From Chiloscyllium plagiosum (Eukaryota), in contig NC_057720.1 of the NCBI RefSeq assembly GCF_004010195.1, forward strand, positions 6,922,031 through 6,986,030: a stretch of DNA of 64,000 nucleotides, given 5' to 3'. The first letter of the stretch is position 1; each line of letters starts with the position of its first letter. The notes under the pieces are model-generated. The model was not told where the DNA came from, ran no database searches, and saw only the letters and a list, made by a program, of their open reading frames with translations. The translations under genes and the position numbers were made by a program. This document shows, one piece after another, positions 1 to 11,469 of the stretch.

Positions 1-165
1 AAACTAACCCCACCAGACCAGAAACAATCCCCGCCAGACCAGAAACACACCCCCCAGACCAGAAACAAACACAGACCAGAAACACACCCCCCAGACCTGA
101 AACTAACCCCACCAGACCAGAAACAATCCCCGCCAGACCAGAAACACACCCGGCCTGACCAGAAA
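1..165. repeat. Minisatellite with 17-21 bp units (core CCAGACCAGAAAC) and a 99-bp higher-order period; runs off the window start
   Basis: AAACTAACCCCACCAGACCAGAAACAATCCCCGCCAGACCAGAAACACACCC occurs at 1 and again at 100; about 8 variant units are visible. Confidence 0.9.
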
Positions 166-295
166 ACCAATGAACTGTGGATGCTGGAAATCAGCAGCAA
201 AAATAGAAAGTTCTGGAAAAATTCAGCAGGCCTGGCAGGATCTGTGGAGAGAGAGCAGAGTTAACGTTTTGTTTACAGTGACCCTTCTTCAGACC
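163..295 (-). mobile_element. Short PLE-derived element, family C (degenerate)
   Basis: Matches the other family C copies (GATGCTGGAAATC...CAGAGTTAACGTTT...GTGACCCTTCTTCAGA). Confidence 0.7.
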
Positions 296-769
296 TTTCT
301 GCAGTCTATCCAGTCTCACCTCAGACTTTTCATTCCAGGCAACATCCTGATATTGTACACTTTATCCCATTTATGATTTATAATTAAACAAATGTATAAT
401 CTCCAAACTTACAATTTTTTAGCTAAGTCTCAGTAACATTGAGTGACTTCTAAATAAACTTTAAGAAGCTAATTAAAATAACTTGCAATTAGTCTGTACC
501 TGTGGCTCCAAATTCAACTTCTAAAATGCAACAAATAGAGTCTACAATGCACCCACTCAGAGAGTGGTAAAGGTGGCTTCATTGCTTTCAAGGTGGTGTT
601 AGACTATTAGCAGAGAAGGAGGAATGTGTATAGTTATACTACTGTTCCTCCTTTCCCCTCTGGAATTAACTCCTTCCCCCTCCCATCTCTATCATCACCC
701 TTCCTGGTGTATCCCTTAGGGATACATAGTTGATTGGATGAGATAGAGCATCATTTTGATAATCCCCAT

Positions 770-1112
770 TATCACCCTCGTAGACTCTCCCACTCTCAGA
801 GCGAGTCCATGGGTGACTGTACAAACTGATGGAGCTACCACAGGCCCTGTTACACTTGAGTGGTCTTGGGAAGGAGATGTTAGTGTGGCAGCACGCTCCT
901 TTCGCTGTTTCACCCAGCTTCTGGTTTTTCCCAACGGCAAGTCTCGAGTTGTCAATGTCTTCCCAGATGCTCCTCCTCCACTTCAGGACTCCCCAGGTTC
1001 CCAGGTGTCTGTGGGAATGCCCCACTTCACCCAGTGAGGCCTTGAGGCCATCCCTGAAGTGCTTCCTCTGTCCACCTGGGGCTCGCCTGTCGTTTCGGAG
1101 CTGGGAGTAGAT
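770..1112 (-). mobile_element. 3' end of an RTE-clade LINE (decayed ORF C-terminus)
   Basis: Frameshifted minus-strand translation IYSQLRNDRRAPGGQRKHFRDGLKASL / KWGIPTDTWE / KWRRSIWED / KQRKERAA / KCNRACGSSISLYSH resembles the RTE C-terminal region with its terminal C2H2-like motif. Confidence 0.8.
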
Positions 1113-2089
1113 TCACCATCAGCTCTAGTTGGAACACACAAAGTTTGGGTCACGCTCCCGTTTTTCGAAGGGACAGTCAGGCAGAGAGAGAGGAACAGCT
1201 TTAGCTTTTGAAGGATTGCAGGGCGGGCAGAGGCTGGGGGTGTGGTGGTTGAGCATGTTGTATCTGAGGTGTTCCACTTTGAACTGGACGGGACGCTGCA
1301 CGTCCACCTTCTCAGCTTCCCTTTTAACAGCCCATAAACAGCACAGCTGGAGCAGCTGTATTTATTACAGCTTGACTGGTCTAATGAGGGAGGATGGACT
1401 CCAAGGGGATAGTGTAAAGTTCTGATGCCTGAACTGGCACACAGAGATTTCCCAAATTGCTATTTTTCATTTTCCACTCATGCGAAAAAGATTTAATTAT
1501 TTTTTTTAACAACAGCTTGGCATCTTGAGGCATGGCAAGACCTTTCAAAGGATTGGAGTGGAGGTGACAGAAGCAACAAGGTTTCAGAGTGCCAGGAAAT
1601 GATTTATAATTAAGCAGATGCTAAGACAGAGAGCAGCTCTCAGGCACTTATGCACGCAGTTCAAGAAATGAATTGGGATAGAAACTCACAAAAGGGAACA
1701 GCAACTGGAACGGAAGTCTTGGCTGCAAAAGGGTAGTGCACAGAAGCAGAGGAGGAATCAAAGAAAGTTAAAAGCAGATGAAATAAATGATCAGAAGTTC
1801 AAAAATACAAATATTGCTGGAAAGGAGAACTGAGACAATGTCAAATGGTCTAGGCTGCAAAGAGCCTCCTCTGAATCTCTTTCATCTCATCTGCTCTTTT
1901 TACAAACTTTTTACAAATTCATAAGTTATTATAGTCAGGAAAGACGTAAGAAAAGAGAAAAGTTCAAGCCCAGGAGCCTCTTTCACTGATCTAATAGACT
2001 ACCAGATTTGCTCATGATACTGTAACCTTCATCAGAAGGGAAGATGAATTCATCACTGATGAGTCCAGTATCTGTTGACCTTGCTTGGA

Positions 2090-2340
2090 ATAGCTATCTC
2101 AGCCTTTTCACAGCACACTTGAGAGTCAAGCACATAGCTTAATAATTACATTTAGGGCACACAATGAAGGCAGATTTCAGACATTCGTGATGCAGACAGG
2201 ATTGTTACAATAATTGATAACAGTTTCATGGTCACCATGACTGGCATCAGCTTTTAATTCAGGATTTATTTATCAGTTGAACTCAAAGTCCACCAGCTGT
2301 CTTCGGGTTAATAATCCAGTGACATTACAGCTGTGCCACC
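2090..2340 (-). mobile_element. Old tRNA-head SINE with central domain (same family as 61155-61805)
   Basis: Reverse complement resembles the 61155-61805 element (GAAGGCAGATTTC...TTTCATGGTCACCAT...GAACTCAAAGTCCACCAGCTG). Confidence 0.6.
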
Positions 2341-2779
2341 AAATCGCCTTCCCACAGACAAAACCAAGTGACAAAGGCAGTGTGGAAGATGAATTTGTGG
2401 AATTGTTTTGCATTCCTGGAAAATGCAATAATGAAGAGAATCTTATGAGTCTGAGCAGAATCAGTCAAGAATTCCAGGTTAGGGACAAAATCGACATCAA
2501 TCTATCAACAGATACCCTCTGGCAAGTTAATTCTGGGAACGACACAAGGTAAAATGGGGCAAGATTTGGGCATGTCACACTCCATAGGCGTGGGGCTGTA
2601 AGTGGGATTGGGCAGTTAATGTGGTGAGTCTGCTCTGATGCATCGAGAAATCCACTGAGGTTCTGATTTTCATCGGAATAAAGACACAGGTGCAAGAGGG
2701 AAAATCATGTCAGAAAGATTGTCAGCACCACCACCAGAAGTCAATTCAATGCACATTTCAATCTCTTCCCAATAGTTTT

Positions 2780-3120
2780 CAGTGTTTAGCACTGCATCTT
2801 CACAACACCAGGGACCCAAGTTCAATTCCAGCCTTGTGTTTGTGTGGAGTTTGCACATTCTTCCTGTATCTGTGTGAGTTTCCTCCGGGTGCTCCGATTT
2901 CCTTCCATATTCCAAAGATGGGCAGGTTAGGTGGATTGGTCATGGGAAATTTCCCATAGTGCCCTGGGATGTGTAGGATAGGTGGTTTAGCCATTGGAAA
3001 TGCAGGGTTACAAGGATAGGGTAGGGGGATGGGTCTGGGTGGTATGTTCTTCAGAGGTTCAGTGTGGACTCATCAGGCTGAATGGCCTGCCTCCACACTG
3101 TAGAGATTCTGCAGTTCTAT
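2780..3120 (+). mobile_element. HE1-like V-SINE
   Basis: tRNA-like head, V-domain TGTGTGGAGTTTGCACATTCT...TTTCCTCCGGGTGCTCC and CR1-like tail. Confidence 0.85.
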
Positions 3121-3779
3121 AGTTTTGCACCAGGAATGGTGACTTTGTGCACTTTTCCCTGTACTTCTGCACCCCTGTACTGGCGTACACGTGACAATAA
3201 AATCTAATTCAAATTTACACCCAAAGATAACGAGAAGACTGTCGACTTCACTTGCTTTTGTAAACTTGTTGACCTCACACAATGGTGGAACAGGTCAAGA
3301 TCTTAGAAGCCCCTTCCTAACAACACTATGAGTATATCTATACCCCAAGGACTGCAGCATTCAAGGAGACAGCTCACTGGGGTGTAGGTTCTCAAGGTCA
3401 ATTAGGAATGGGCAATAAACTTGAGCCTTGTAGCAGTGTCATAAAGAGTGAATGATTAATACAAAACTAGAGACATACTCAAACTGAATAGCATTCCATC
3501 CGCATTCTCTCAGTTAGTTACACAACTCTCTCATTGTTGGGAGAGGTCACCTTCTCCTTATGGTTATGGACTAGTAATCCACATGAGGTCTTGTATTAAA
3601 AATCCCTCAAAAAATCAACTCAACACAGCCAAAGAGCCTAAGATTCAGCCCAATGTGCTTTGAAGCTAACCAAAGTTATTGCTGTGATCTGGTGTTGAGC
3701 AACCAACCAAGACATTGAACAAAAATACAAAACAGAAGCTCACCTAGTGGCTTTGCAAGCAAGTTGGACAGAATCTTAG

Positions 3780-4065
3780 ACTAGATTCCCTACAGTATGG
3801 AAACAGGCCTTTTGGCCCAACAAGTCCACACCAACCCTCCGAAGAGTAACCCTTCCCCCTCTGACTAATGCATATAATGCTATGGGCAATTTTAGCATGG
3901 CCAATTCACCTAACCTGCACATCTCTGGACTATGCAGGAAAACTGGTGCACCTGGAGGAAAGCCACACAGACTTGGGGAGAATGTGTAAACTCCACATAG
4001 ACAGTGACCCGTGGCTGGAATTGAAGCTGGTGCTGCGAGGCAGCAGTGCTAACCCCTGAGACACC
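3780..4065 (-). mobile_element. HE1-like V-SINE
   Basis: Reverse complement of the V-domain (GGGGAGAATGTGTAAACTCCACATAG) and of the tail (TAGATTCCCTACAG). Confidence 0.85.
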
Positions 4066-4089
4066 GAACCACCTCTTCTGTTGCATTAG

Positions 4090-5745
4090 ATCAAAAGAAG
4101 AGGTTTATAATGTTGCAAAGAGTAATGATAAACTTGAGGATTGGAAGTTCTTTGGAAACCAATGAAGGAGATCAAAAAGTTGATAAGATGGATAAAAAAT
4201 AGAATATAAGCGTTAACTAGCAAGGAAAGCAAAAACAGATTTTCGGAGCTTTTGCTAATACATAAAATAAAAAATAAAGTAAATATTCATTCCTTAGGGG
4301 GAGTCACAGGAATAATGAACTGGCAGACATTTTGAGCAGGTAATTTTTATGGGGAATGACTGAAGTCACATGACATCAGGTTTTAGTCCAGCAGGTTTAT
4401 TTAAAATCACAAGCTTTCAGAGCGCTGCTCCCTCATCAGGAGAAGAGGAGGGAAGTGCACAGGCACAGAATTTATCGGCAGAGAGATAATTGCAAGATAA
4501 TTCCGGGTAATTAAAAGTGTCAAAAGATAGTACAAATGTCTTTGTTGGGTCAACAGATTAATACAAACAATGTGAGTAAAATGTCAACAGCTGAATAACA
4601 AGTGATGGGATGACCAAAAAACTGATTAATTAAGGCAGAGAGATATTTACAAATAATCAAAAGTAAGATGGTGCTAGGGAGAAACCAAATGGTTGCAATA
4701 ACATCTGTAGGTGTCAGAGTTGCATAATGAGGGTCTAACAATAATATCAAGTAATCCAAAACTGTTCAAATAATTAAGGCAGAGTTACAAATCACACAAC
4801 ACCAGGTTATAGTGCTCCGGTTTCCTCCCACAGTCCAAAGACATGCGGGTCAGGTGAATTGGCCATGCTAAATTGCCCATAGTGTTAGGTGCATTAGTCA
4901 GAGGGAAATGGTTCTGGATGGGTTACTCTTCGGAGGGTTGGACTGGTTGAGCCTGTTTCCACACTGTAGGGAATCTAATCTAATCTAATCTAAAATTTAT
5001 CTGGAAGCAATAGCTTTCGGAGCTCCTGCCAGCCACCTGATGAAGAGGCAACGTTCCGAAAGCTAGTGCTTCCAAGTAAACCTCTTGGACTATAATCACC
5101 TGTTGGACTAATCACCCGTTGTGTGATTTTTAACTTTGTCCACCATAATCCAACACTGGCACCTCCAAGTCATAATTAAGGCAGAGCGATAATCACAAGT
5201 AATCACAGGGGACAGCACAAATTAAAGTAGCAAAATAATAGAGGTTTTTCAAGGGGCTAATAAACAAGAAACTTAACATCACTTAGTTAGCAGATACACC
5301 TCAGGGACTAAAGGTTGGTCAGTCCCAAGGACCTGATGGCCTTCACCCTAGTATTCTAAAAGAGTTTGCTGAAAAGATTGTAGGCATATTAATTAATTAT
5401 GATTTTCCAAAATAGAACAGTCTTTGTGGATTTGAATTTAGCAAATGTAACCCTCTATTCAAGAAAGGAGGGAAAAGAAGATATGTAAGGACAGGTCACT
5501 TAGCAGGATAACAGTCGTGAAGCAAATGCTGCTTAAATATCTTTATCAATGCAGCTAGAGATTCAAGTATGATAAGACAGTCAACACAGTTTTACAAAAC
5601 GGTGACAGTGTTTGACAAAGTGATCACAGATTTTAAGAATGCGCTAACCAGAAGGATAGATGTAATCGACCTGCATTTCTAATCACTGGGCATATGAAAG
5701 ATTAATGCACAAGATAAGAGCTCATGGTGTGATACACCTGTGTAA
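4090..5745 (+). mobile_element. Old, fragmented CR1 ORF2 remnant interrupted by younger insertions
   Basis: Degenerate CR1 segments, e.g. AGTCCCAAGGACCTGATGGCCTTCACCCTAG (SPGPDG.HP) and GCAAATGTAACCCTCTATTCAAGAAAGG (ANV..LFKKG). Confidence 0.6.
4785..5171. mobile_element. Inverted (fold-back) family B PLE-derived element with hammerhead-like core; contains an HE1 SINE fragment at about 4813-4992
   Basis: 15-bp TSD ATAATTAAGGCAGAG at 4770-4784 and 5172-5186; core CAC-CTGATGA...CC-GAA-AGCT-A-GTG at 5034-5068. Confidence 0.8.
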
Positions 5746-5749
5746 GTAT

Positions 5750-6012
5750 TAGATTAGATTTTATTAGATTCCCTACAGTGTGGAAACAGGGCATTCAGCC
5801 CAACCAGTCCACACCGACCCTCCGAACAGTGACCCACCCAGACCCATTTCCCTCTGGCTAATGCACCTAACACTATGGACAATTTAGCATGGCCAATTCA
5901 CCTGACCTGCACATCTTTGAACTGTGGGAGGAAACCGGAGCACCCAGAAGAAACCCACGCATACACAGGGAGAATGTGCAAACTCCACACAGACAGTTGC
6001 CCAAGGCTGGAG
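5750..6012 (-). mobile_element. HE1-like V-SINE (5' truncated)
   Basis: V-domain and (TCTAA)n tail on the minus strand. Confidence 0.85.
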
Positions 6013-6029
6013 CGAGTCGTGAGTTCACG

Positions 6030-6237
6030 GTCTTTACTCAGCGAGTCGTGAGTTCATGGAATGCCCTGCCAGTAGCAATGGTGGACTCTCCCTCTTTATG
6101 GGCATTTAAGCGGGTATTGGATAGGCATATAGAGGATAGTGGGCTAGTGTAGGTTAGGTGGGCTTGGATCGGCGCAACATCGAGGGCCAAAGGGCCTGTA
6201 CTGAGCTGTATTTTTCTATGTTCTATGTTCTATGTTC
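6030..6237 (+). mobile_element. CR1 LINE 3' end
   Basis: FTQRVVSSWNALP motif followed by a (TTCTATG)n tail. Confidence 0.85.
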
Positions 6238-7264
6238 TTGAGCCTCAGCTATTTACATCAGAACCAGGAGCAGGAGTAGGCCATCTGGACCTTCGAGTCT
6301 GCTCCGCCATTCAATAAGATCATGGCTGATCTTTCCAATGGCCTCCAGCTTCACTTATCCACCCAGTCACTGTAACCCCCAATTTCTTTACCATCTTTCC
6401 AGCTTCACTTATCCACCCAGTCACTGTAACCCCCAATTTCTTTACCATCTACATGAATTACTTTCAGGAGGAGATCAAACATAATGAATCCAAGTTTATC
6501 AATGACATGAAAGTAGCTGGGAACAGAGTTGATTTCCTCTGGGCTATGTCAAAATTCTGATTGCAGTCCTTTCCCACTGAGGAAGTTCATTTGGCTGTTC
6601 TAATTCGGTATGCGCTGACCACATGATTGACTGGGGAAGCCGAAAATCTGAAACAAATACAGAAATTGCTGGAGAAGCTCAATAAGTCTGACAGCGTCTG
6701 TGGAAACAAAGCAGAGCCAACGTTTCAGGATTCATGTTCAACCTGTTCCAGACGTGTGTAATAAATCACTGAGCAGGATGATTAGAAAATAGATTTTAAG
6801 ATGGACTCAGTAATGGCTCGTATGGTGCAGTATCCCTTTCTCTGGGACAGGAGACCTGGGTTCACATCCCACCTGCTCTGGAGCTGTGTCATAATTTCGG
6901 AGCAGGTTGATTTTAAAGGGGTCTTTTGTGAGACAGTATCCTCCATCTGAGCTAGGTGGTCTGAGTGCAAGTCCCACCTGTTGCTGAGATGTGTCAGAAT
7001 ATGCCTGAGCAGGTCGTTAAGAAAATATTATAAAGCAGACCCAGGGATGCATAGTTCCCTACACTGGGACTACCTGATGTACGCCATGAGTAGTGGCTCT
7101 ATTTTGTTCTTTTCCAGAGTTATTACACAGTGTAATGCAAGAATGAATTGAATTCATCTTTCATACAGCCCTTTACACAGTAGGATAAAGGACGATACTG
7201 GGGTGTGGGGGGGTATGGGTTATGATAAAGGAGGGATGGGGTTGGGAACATGAGAGGACATTCA

Positions 7265-7495
7265 TACAAAGACAGAAATTGTTGGAAACGCTCAGCAGAT
7301 CTGGCAGCATCTGTGGAGAGAAATCAGAGTTAATGATTTAGGTCCGGTGACCCTTCCTCTGAACCCTTATGAGGAAGGGTCACTTGACCTGAAGCATTAG
7401 CACTGATTTCTCTCCGCAGATGCTGCCAGACCTGCTGAGCTTTTCCAGCAATTTCTGTTTTAGTTTCTGATTTACAGCGTCCGCAGTTCTTTCTT
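7265..7495. mobile_element. Inverted pair of family C PLE-derived elements
   Basis: Arms are reverse complements meeting at GTGACCCTTCCTC...GAGGAAGGGTCAC (about 7347-7383). Confidence 0.8.
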
Positions 7496-7949
7496 GATTC
7501 AGAGAACATTTATATTCGTGTTTGATGACTTGGAAATATTGTGTGGAAAGTCTGGTGTTCCAATGTCTGGGGGAGGTCTCGGGTTGTGTGTACATGTGTG
7601 GCAATGCTCGTTCCCGCTCAGGGTGTTGGAATCTCGAGATGTGGGAGGTTTTGAATCTTTTTTGCATCATTGCTTGTGTTTTTGCCAAAGCATGCGGCTT
7701 ATTCACAGGCTTTCACTTGAATATCCGGTCTCCAGTTCCAACTGTTGGACACTGCTGGCCCAGAGCCATTTGTTTAATATTCCCACTGTTTATCTTCCTT
7801 CCCTGGTTTTATTTCCTTAAATTTGTCCACATTTCATGACAGCAATGTTATAATCCCTCAGTCTTCAAAGCACTATCTCCTCCGTAATATTTATCATGTT
7901 TTCAACTGAATAAAAGCTAAAGTGTTACCAGACCATGTAGGTCCCCTCA

Positions 7950-8240
7950 CCTTAAAGCTGAGAAGGTTCCAGAAAGATTTAGAGTGATGGGCAAATGATG
8001 CAAGGGTGATGTGAGAAAAGCTTTTTCCTATTTACACAGCGAGTAGTTAGGGTTTGGAAGGCACTGTCTGGAAATGTGGTGGAGGCAGGTTCAATTGAGG
8101 CAATCAAGAGGGGCATTGGGTAGTTATTTGGATAGAAATGGTGTCCAGGGAAGGGCAGGAGATTGGCACTGGGTAATAGGGCTGGCTCAGGCCTGATGAG
8201 CAGAGTGACCTCCTGCTGAACCATAATAACTTTGCGATTC
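7950..8240 (+). mobile_element. Old CR1 3' fragment
   Basis: TTTACACAGCGAGTAGTTAGGGTTTGGAAGGCACTG (FTQRVVRVWKAL). Confidence 0.75.
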
Positions 8241-8727
8241 TGAGATTTGATCGAGCTGTTAAAAATTTTGAAAGATTATGAAGGAGTAAGCAAACACAAA
8301 ATGTTTTCACTGGCAGAAGCAAGAGATCATAGATTCAACTCAATTGCCAAAAACACCAGAGGCATAATGCTGCAGAGTGGGTTGTTATGAAAGAGACCGC
8401 AACTTTTGAAATAAATGGAATAGGTCGAAGCTTTTGCAGAGTTCTCGAGAAGTGAAAGTCCTTTCAAAGATCAAGTGAGAGAATTATTGCCTGCGTAGCC
8501 TCAATCCCTGTAATTTCATCCTCTGACTCTCTGACCTTCATCGCCTTCAACTTTCACTGTTGCCCAAGACAAAGATACAACAAATTCAAATTCATTATCA
8601 TTGCTTGTGATTCCTTCCACTTCTTGTCCCTCCTAGTGTCCAAATAATGACATACTGCGCCCATCTCCATGGCTTCTTTGACAGCTCCTTTCCAATCTGA
8701 GATACCCACCCTCTGGAAAAGTCAAAG

Positions 8728-9269
8728 GTCATAGAGTCATAGAGTTGTACAGCACGGAAACAGGCTCTTTGGTCCAACTTGTCCATGTCAACCAGATATC
8801 CGAACCTAAACTCGTTCCGTTTGCCAGCACTTGGCCCATATCCCTCCCCACCTTCCTGTTCATGTCCCCATCCAGATGTTTTTTCAATGTTGTAATTGTA
8901 CCAGCCTCCACCACTTCCTCCGACAGCTCATACCATACACGCACCACCCTTTGTGTGAAAGAGCTGCCTCTTAATTCCCTTTTAAATCTTTTTCCTCTCA
9001 CCCTTAACCTATGCCCTCTAGTTCTGAACCCCCCTATCTCAGGGAAAAGACCTTGTCTGTTTATCCTATCTATGTTCCTCATGATTTTATAAACCTCTAT
9101 AAGGTCACCCCTCAGCCTCCGACGCTCCAGGGAAAACAGCCCCAGCCTGTTCAGCCTCTCCTTATAGCTCAAAGCCTCCAACCCTGGTAACATCCTTGTA
9201 AATCTTCTCTGAACCCTTTCAAGTTTCACAACATCCTTCTGATCGGAAGAGACCAGGATTGCACGCAAT
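8728..9269 (-). mobile_element. CR1 (HER1-like) LINE 3' fragment
   Basis: ORF 8729-9268 contains KDVVKLERVQRRFTRMLPGL...LFSLERRRLRGDLIEVYKIM...FTQRVVRVW; (CTATGACT)n tail. Confidence 0.95.
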
Positions 9270-9941
9270 AGCAGTAGTCAATGCTAGGCAGCAGCCAGCA
9301 GCTTCAGGCTCCCCTCAGAGTCACAATGCAACCTGAACTTGGGTATCTGTCACCGATCCTTCATCATCGCTGGGTTGAAATAATGGAAGTTCCTCACTAG
9401 CAGGAGGAGCATCTTCCCTACTCAGCCTTCAGTGACATGCGAAATGGTACATCTCGAGTGTGGTTGGCATTGGGATATAAATGCTGGCCTTGCTGACAGC
9501 ACCACATCCCAAAGATGCACTAAAGAGAGCATGTGCTGTTCTTCCTTTTGCTTTGGCATATCTGTAAACATTTACACTCATTGGCAGAGCTGCTTTGATA
9601 ACAGTGTGTGTGATAGTGCCTGTGTGCCTATACATCCGTGTCTATGTGGGTACAGGCACGTGGACGCAACAGGGCATAAATCTTATCTGACACAGTCATA
9701 GTCTGATGAATTGCATGTGGCCCATTGAGTTTGACTGCCCCGTGGGAAAAATTCAGTGAATCTGCCAAGTGTGTTTAATGAGTCTCTTGGTAATGATTTC
9801 CAGGTTTGACACGAAGCATTAACACTAAATCTCATCAGCAGGAGTTGTACAATGGGCGCAAAGATGGTAGGAATGAAATTTCACAGAAGATTTAACATAT
9901 CATACCCTTTTGTCTACTCGTTCTCACTATCCAGGCATTGT

Positions 9942-11270
9942 AGAGTCATAGACTTATTCAGCTCACAAACAGAAATTTCGGTCTAACCAGTCCGTACCGA
10001 ACGTAATCCTAAACTAAACTAGTCCCACCTACCTGCTCCTGGCCTATATCCCTCCAAACCTTTCCTATTTATGTATCATCCAAAAGTCTTTTAAATGTAC
10101 CTATATCCTCAGGAAGTTTATTCCAACAGTGAACCACCCTCTGTGTAAAAAAATGTCCTCATGTCTTTTTAAAATCTCTCTCCTCTCACCTTAAAAGTGT
10201 GCTGCCTAGTCTTGAAATCCCCCATGCTAGGGACTGCCATGAACTCTGAGTATACCTCTCATTATTTTATAAACTTCTAAAAGGTCGCCTCTCAACCTGT
10301 TACTTCTCCAGTGAAAAAATTCCCACCCTATCCAGCCTTTTCTTATAACTCCAACCCTCCATATCCAGCAACGTCTTGGTAAATGTCTTCTGAAGCCTTT
10401 CAAACATAACAATATCCTTCTTATAGCAGGGACAAGAAATGGACACAGTATTCCAGAAGAGGTCTCACCAGCATCTGGTGCAACCTCAACATGACTTCCC
10501 AACGCCTATACTCAAAGGACTGAGCAATAAAGGCAAGCGTGCCACATGCCTTTTTAACCACCTTGTCTGTATGTGGCACAAAGAATTATGCACCTGCCCT
10601 CCTAGGTCTCTCTATTCTATGACACTACCCAAGGCCTGACCATGGACCAAAATAGAATACCTTGCATTTATCCAGATTGACTCGATCTGCCATTTTTCAG
10701 TCCATTGCCACATTTCATCAAGATCCCTTTGCAATCTTCAAAAGCCTTCTTCACTGTCTACTAAGACCAATCCACAAGCTTACCAACCATTACTGACAAA
10801 GCTTACAATTATTATTTATCCAGAGCTGATCTCAGGAGGTTGTGATGGTCCTTTTCTTAGGCATAGAATTACAGAGTCATATAGCATGGAAACAGACCCT
10901 TTGGTTCAACCAATCCATGCCAACTATTTTGCCAACACTTGGGCTTTTTCTTTCCAAATTCATGAACTTATCCAAATGTCTTTTAAACATTGTAACTGTA
11001 CCCACACCCACCACTTCCTCTGGAAGTTCACTCCACACATGAACCACTCTCTGTGTACAAAAAGTTGCCCCTCATGCTCTTTTTAAATCTTTCTCCTCTT
11101 ACCTTAAAAAATGCCCCTGGGTTTTGCACTCCCCCTCCTAGGCAAAGAATCCTTGAAATTCACCTTAACTATACCCTGTCATGATTTTACTAGCCTCAAT
11201 AAAGTTACCTCCTCAACCTCTTTCACTCCAGTGAAAAAATCCCAGCCTTTCCAGTCTATTTTTATATCTG
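9942..11270 (-). mobile_element. Two decayed CR1 3' fragments (about 9942-10775 and 10865-11270)
   Basis: RLRGDLLEVYKIMRG motif and CR1 3' UTR similarity. Confidence 0.8.
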
Positions 11271-11469
11271 ATGCCAATTAGAAATTAATCATATTTGTAT
11301 AAGACAGGAGTCACATAAAGATCGGATCAAGTAAGGCAGGCAATGTTTCCTCAATTATAAAACTTTTCTTTCCCTTTAAGGACATTAATGTATCTGTGTT
11401 TTGTTTAGTGATTTATGAGTTCATAAGCAACATTGTTAAAGACTGTCCGTCACTTTCAACCACAGGATT

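Noticed and set aside
980..1040. Chromodomain-like peptide HWVKWGIPTDTWEPGE on the minus strand
   Set aside because: Better explained as the frameshifted RTE segment (K.GIPTDTWE) between PGGQRK and KWRRSI
7494..7839. Overlapping ORFs of about 105 aa in unique-looking DNA
   Set aside because: No recognisable protein or convincing splice sites; partly derived from the adjacent repeat
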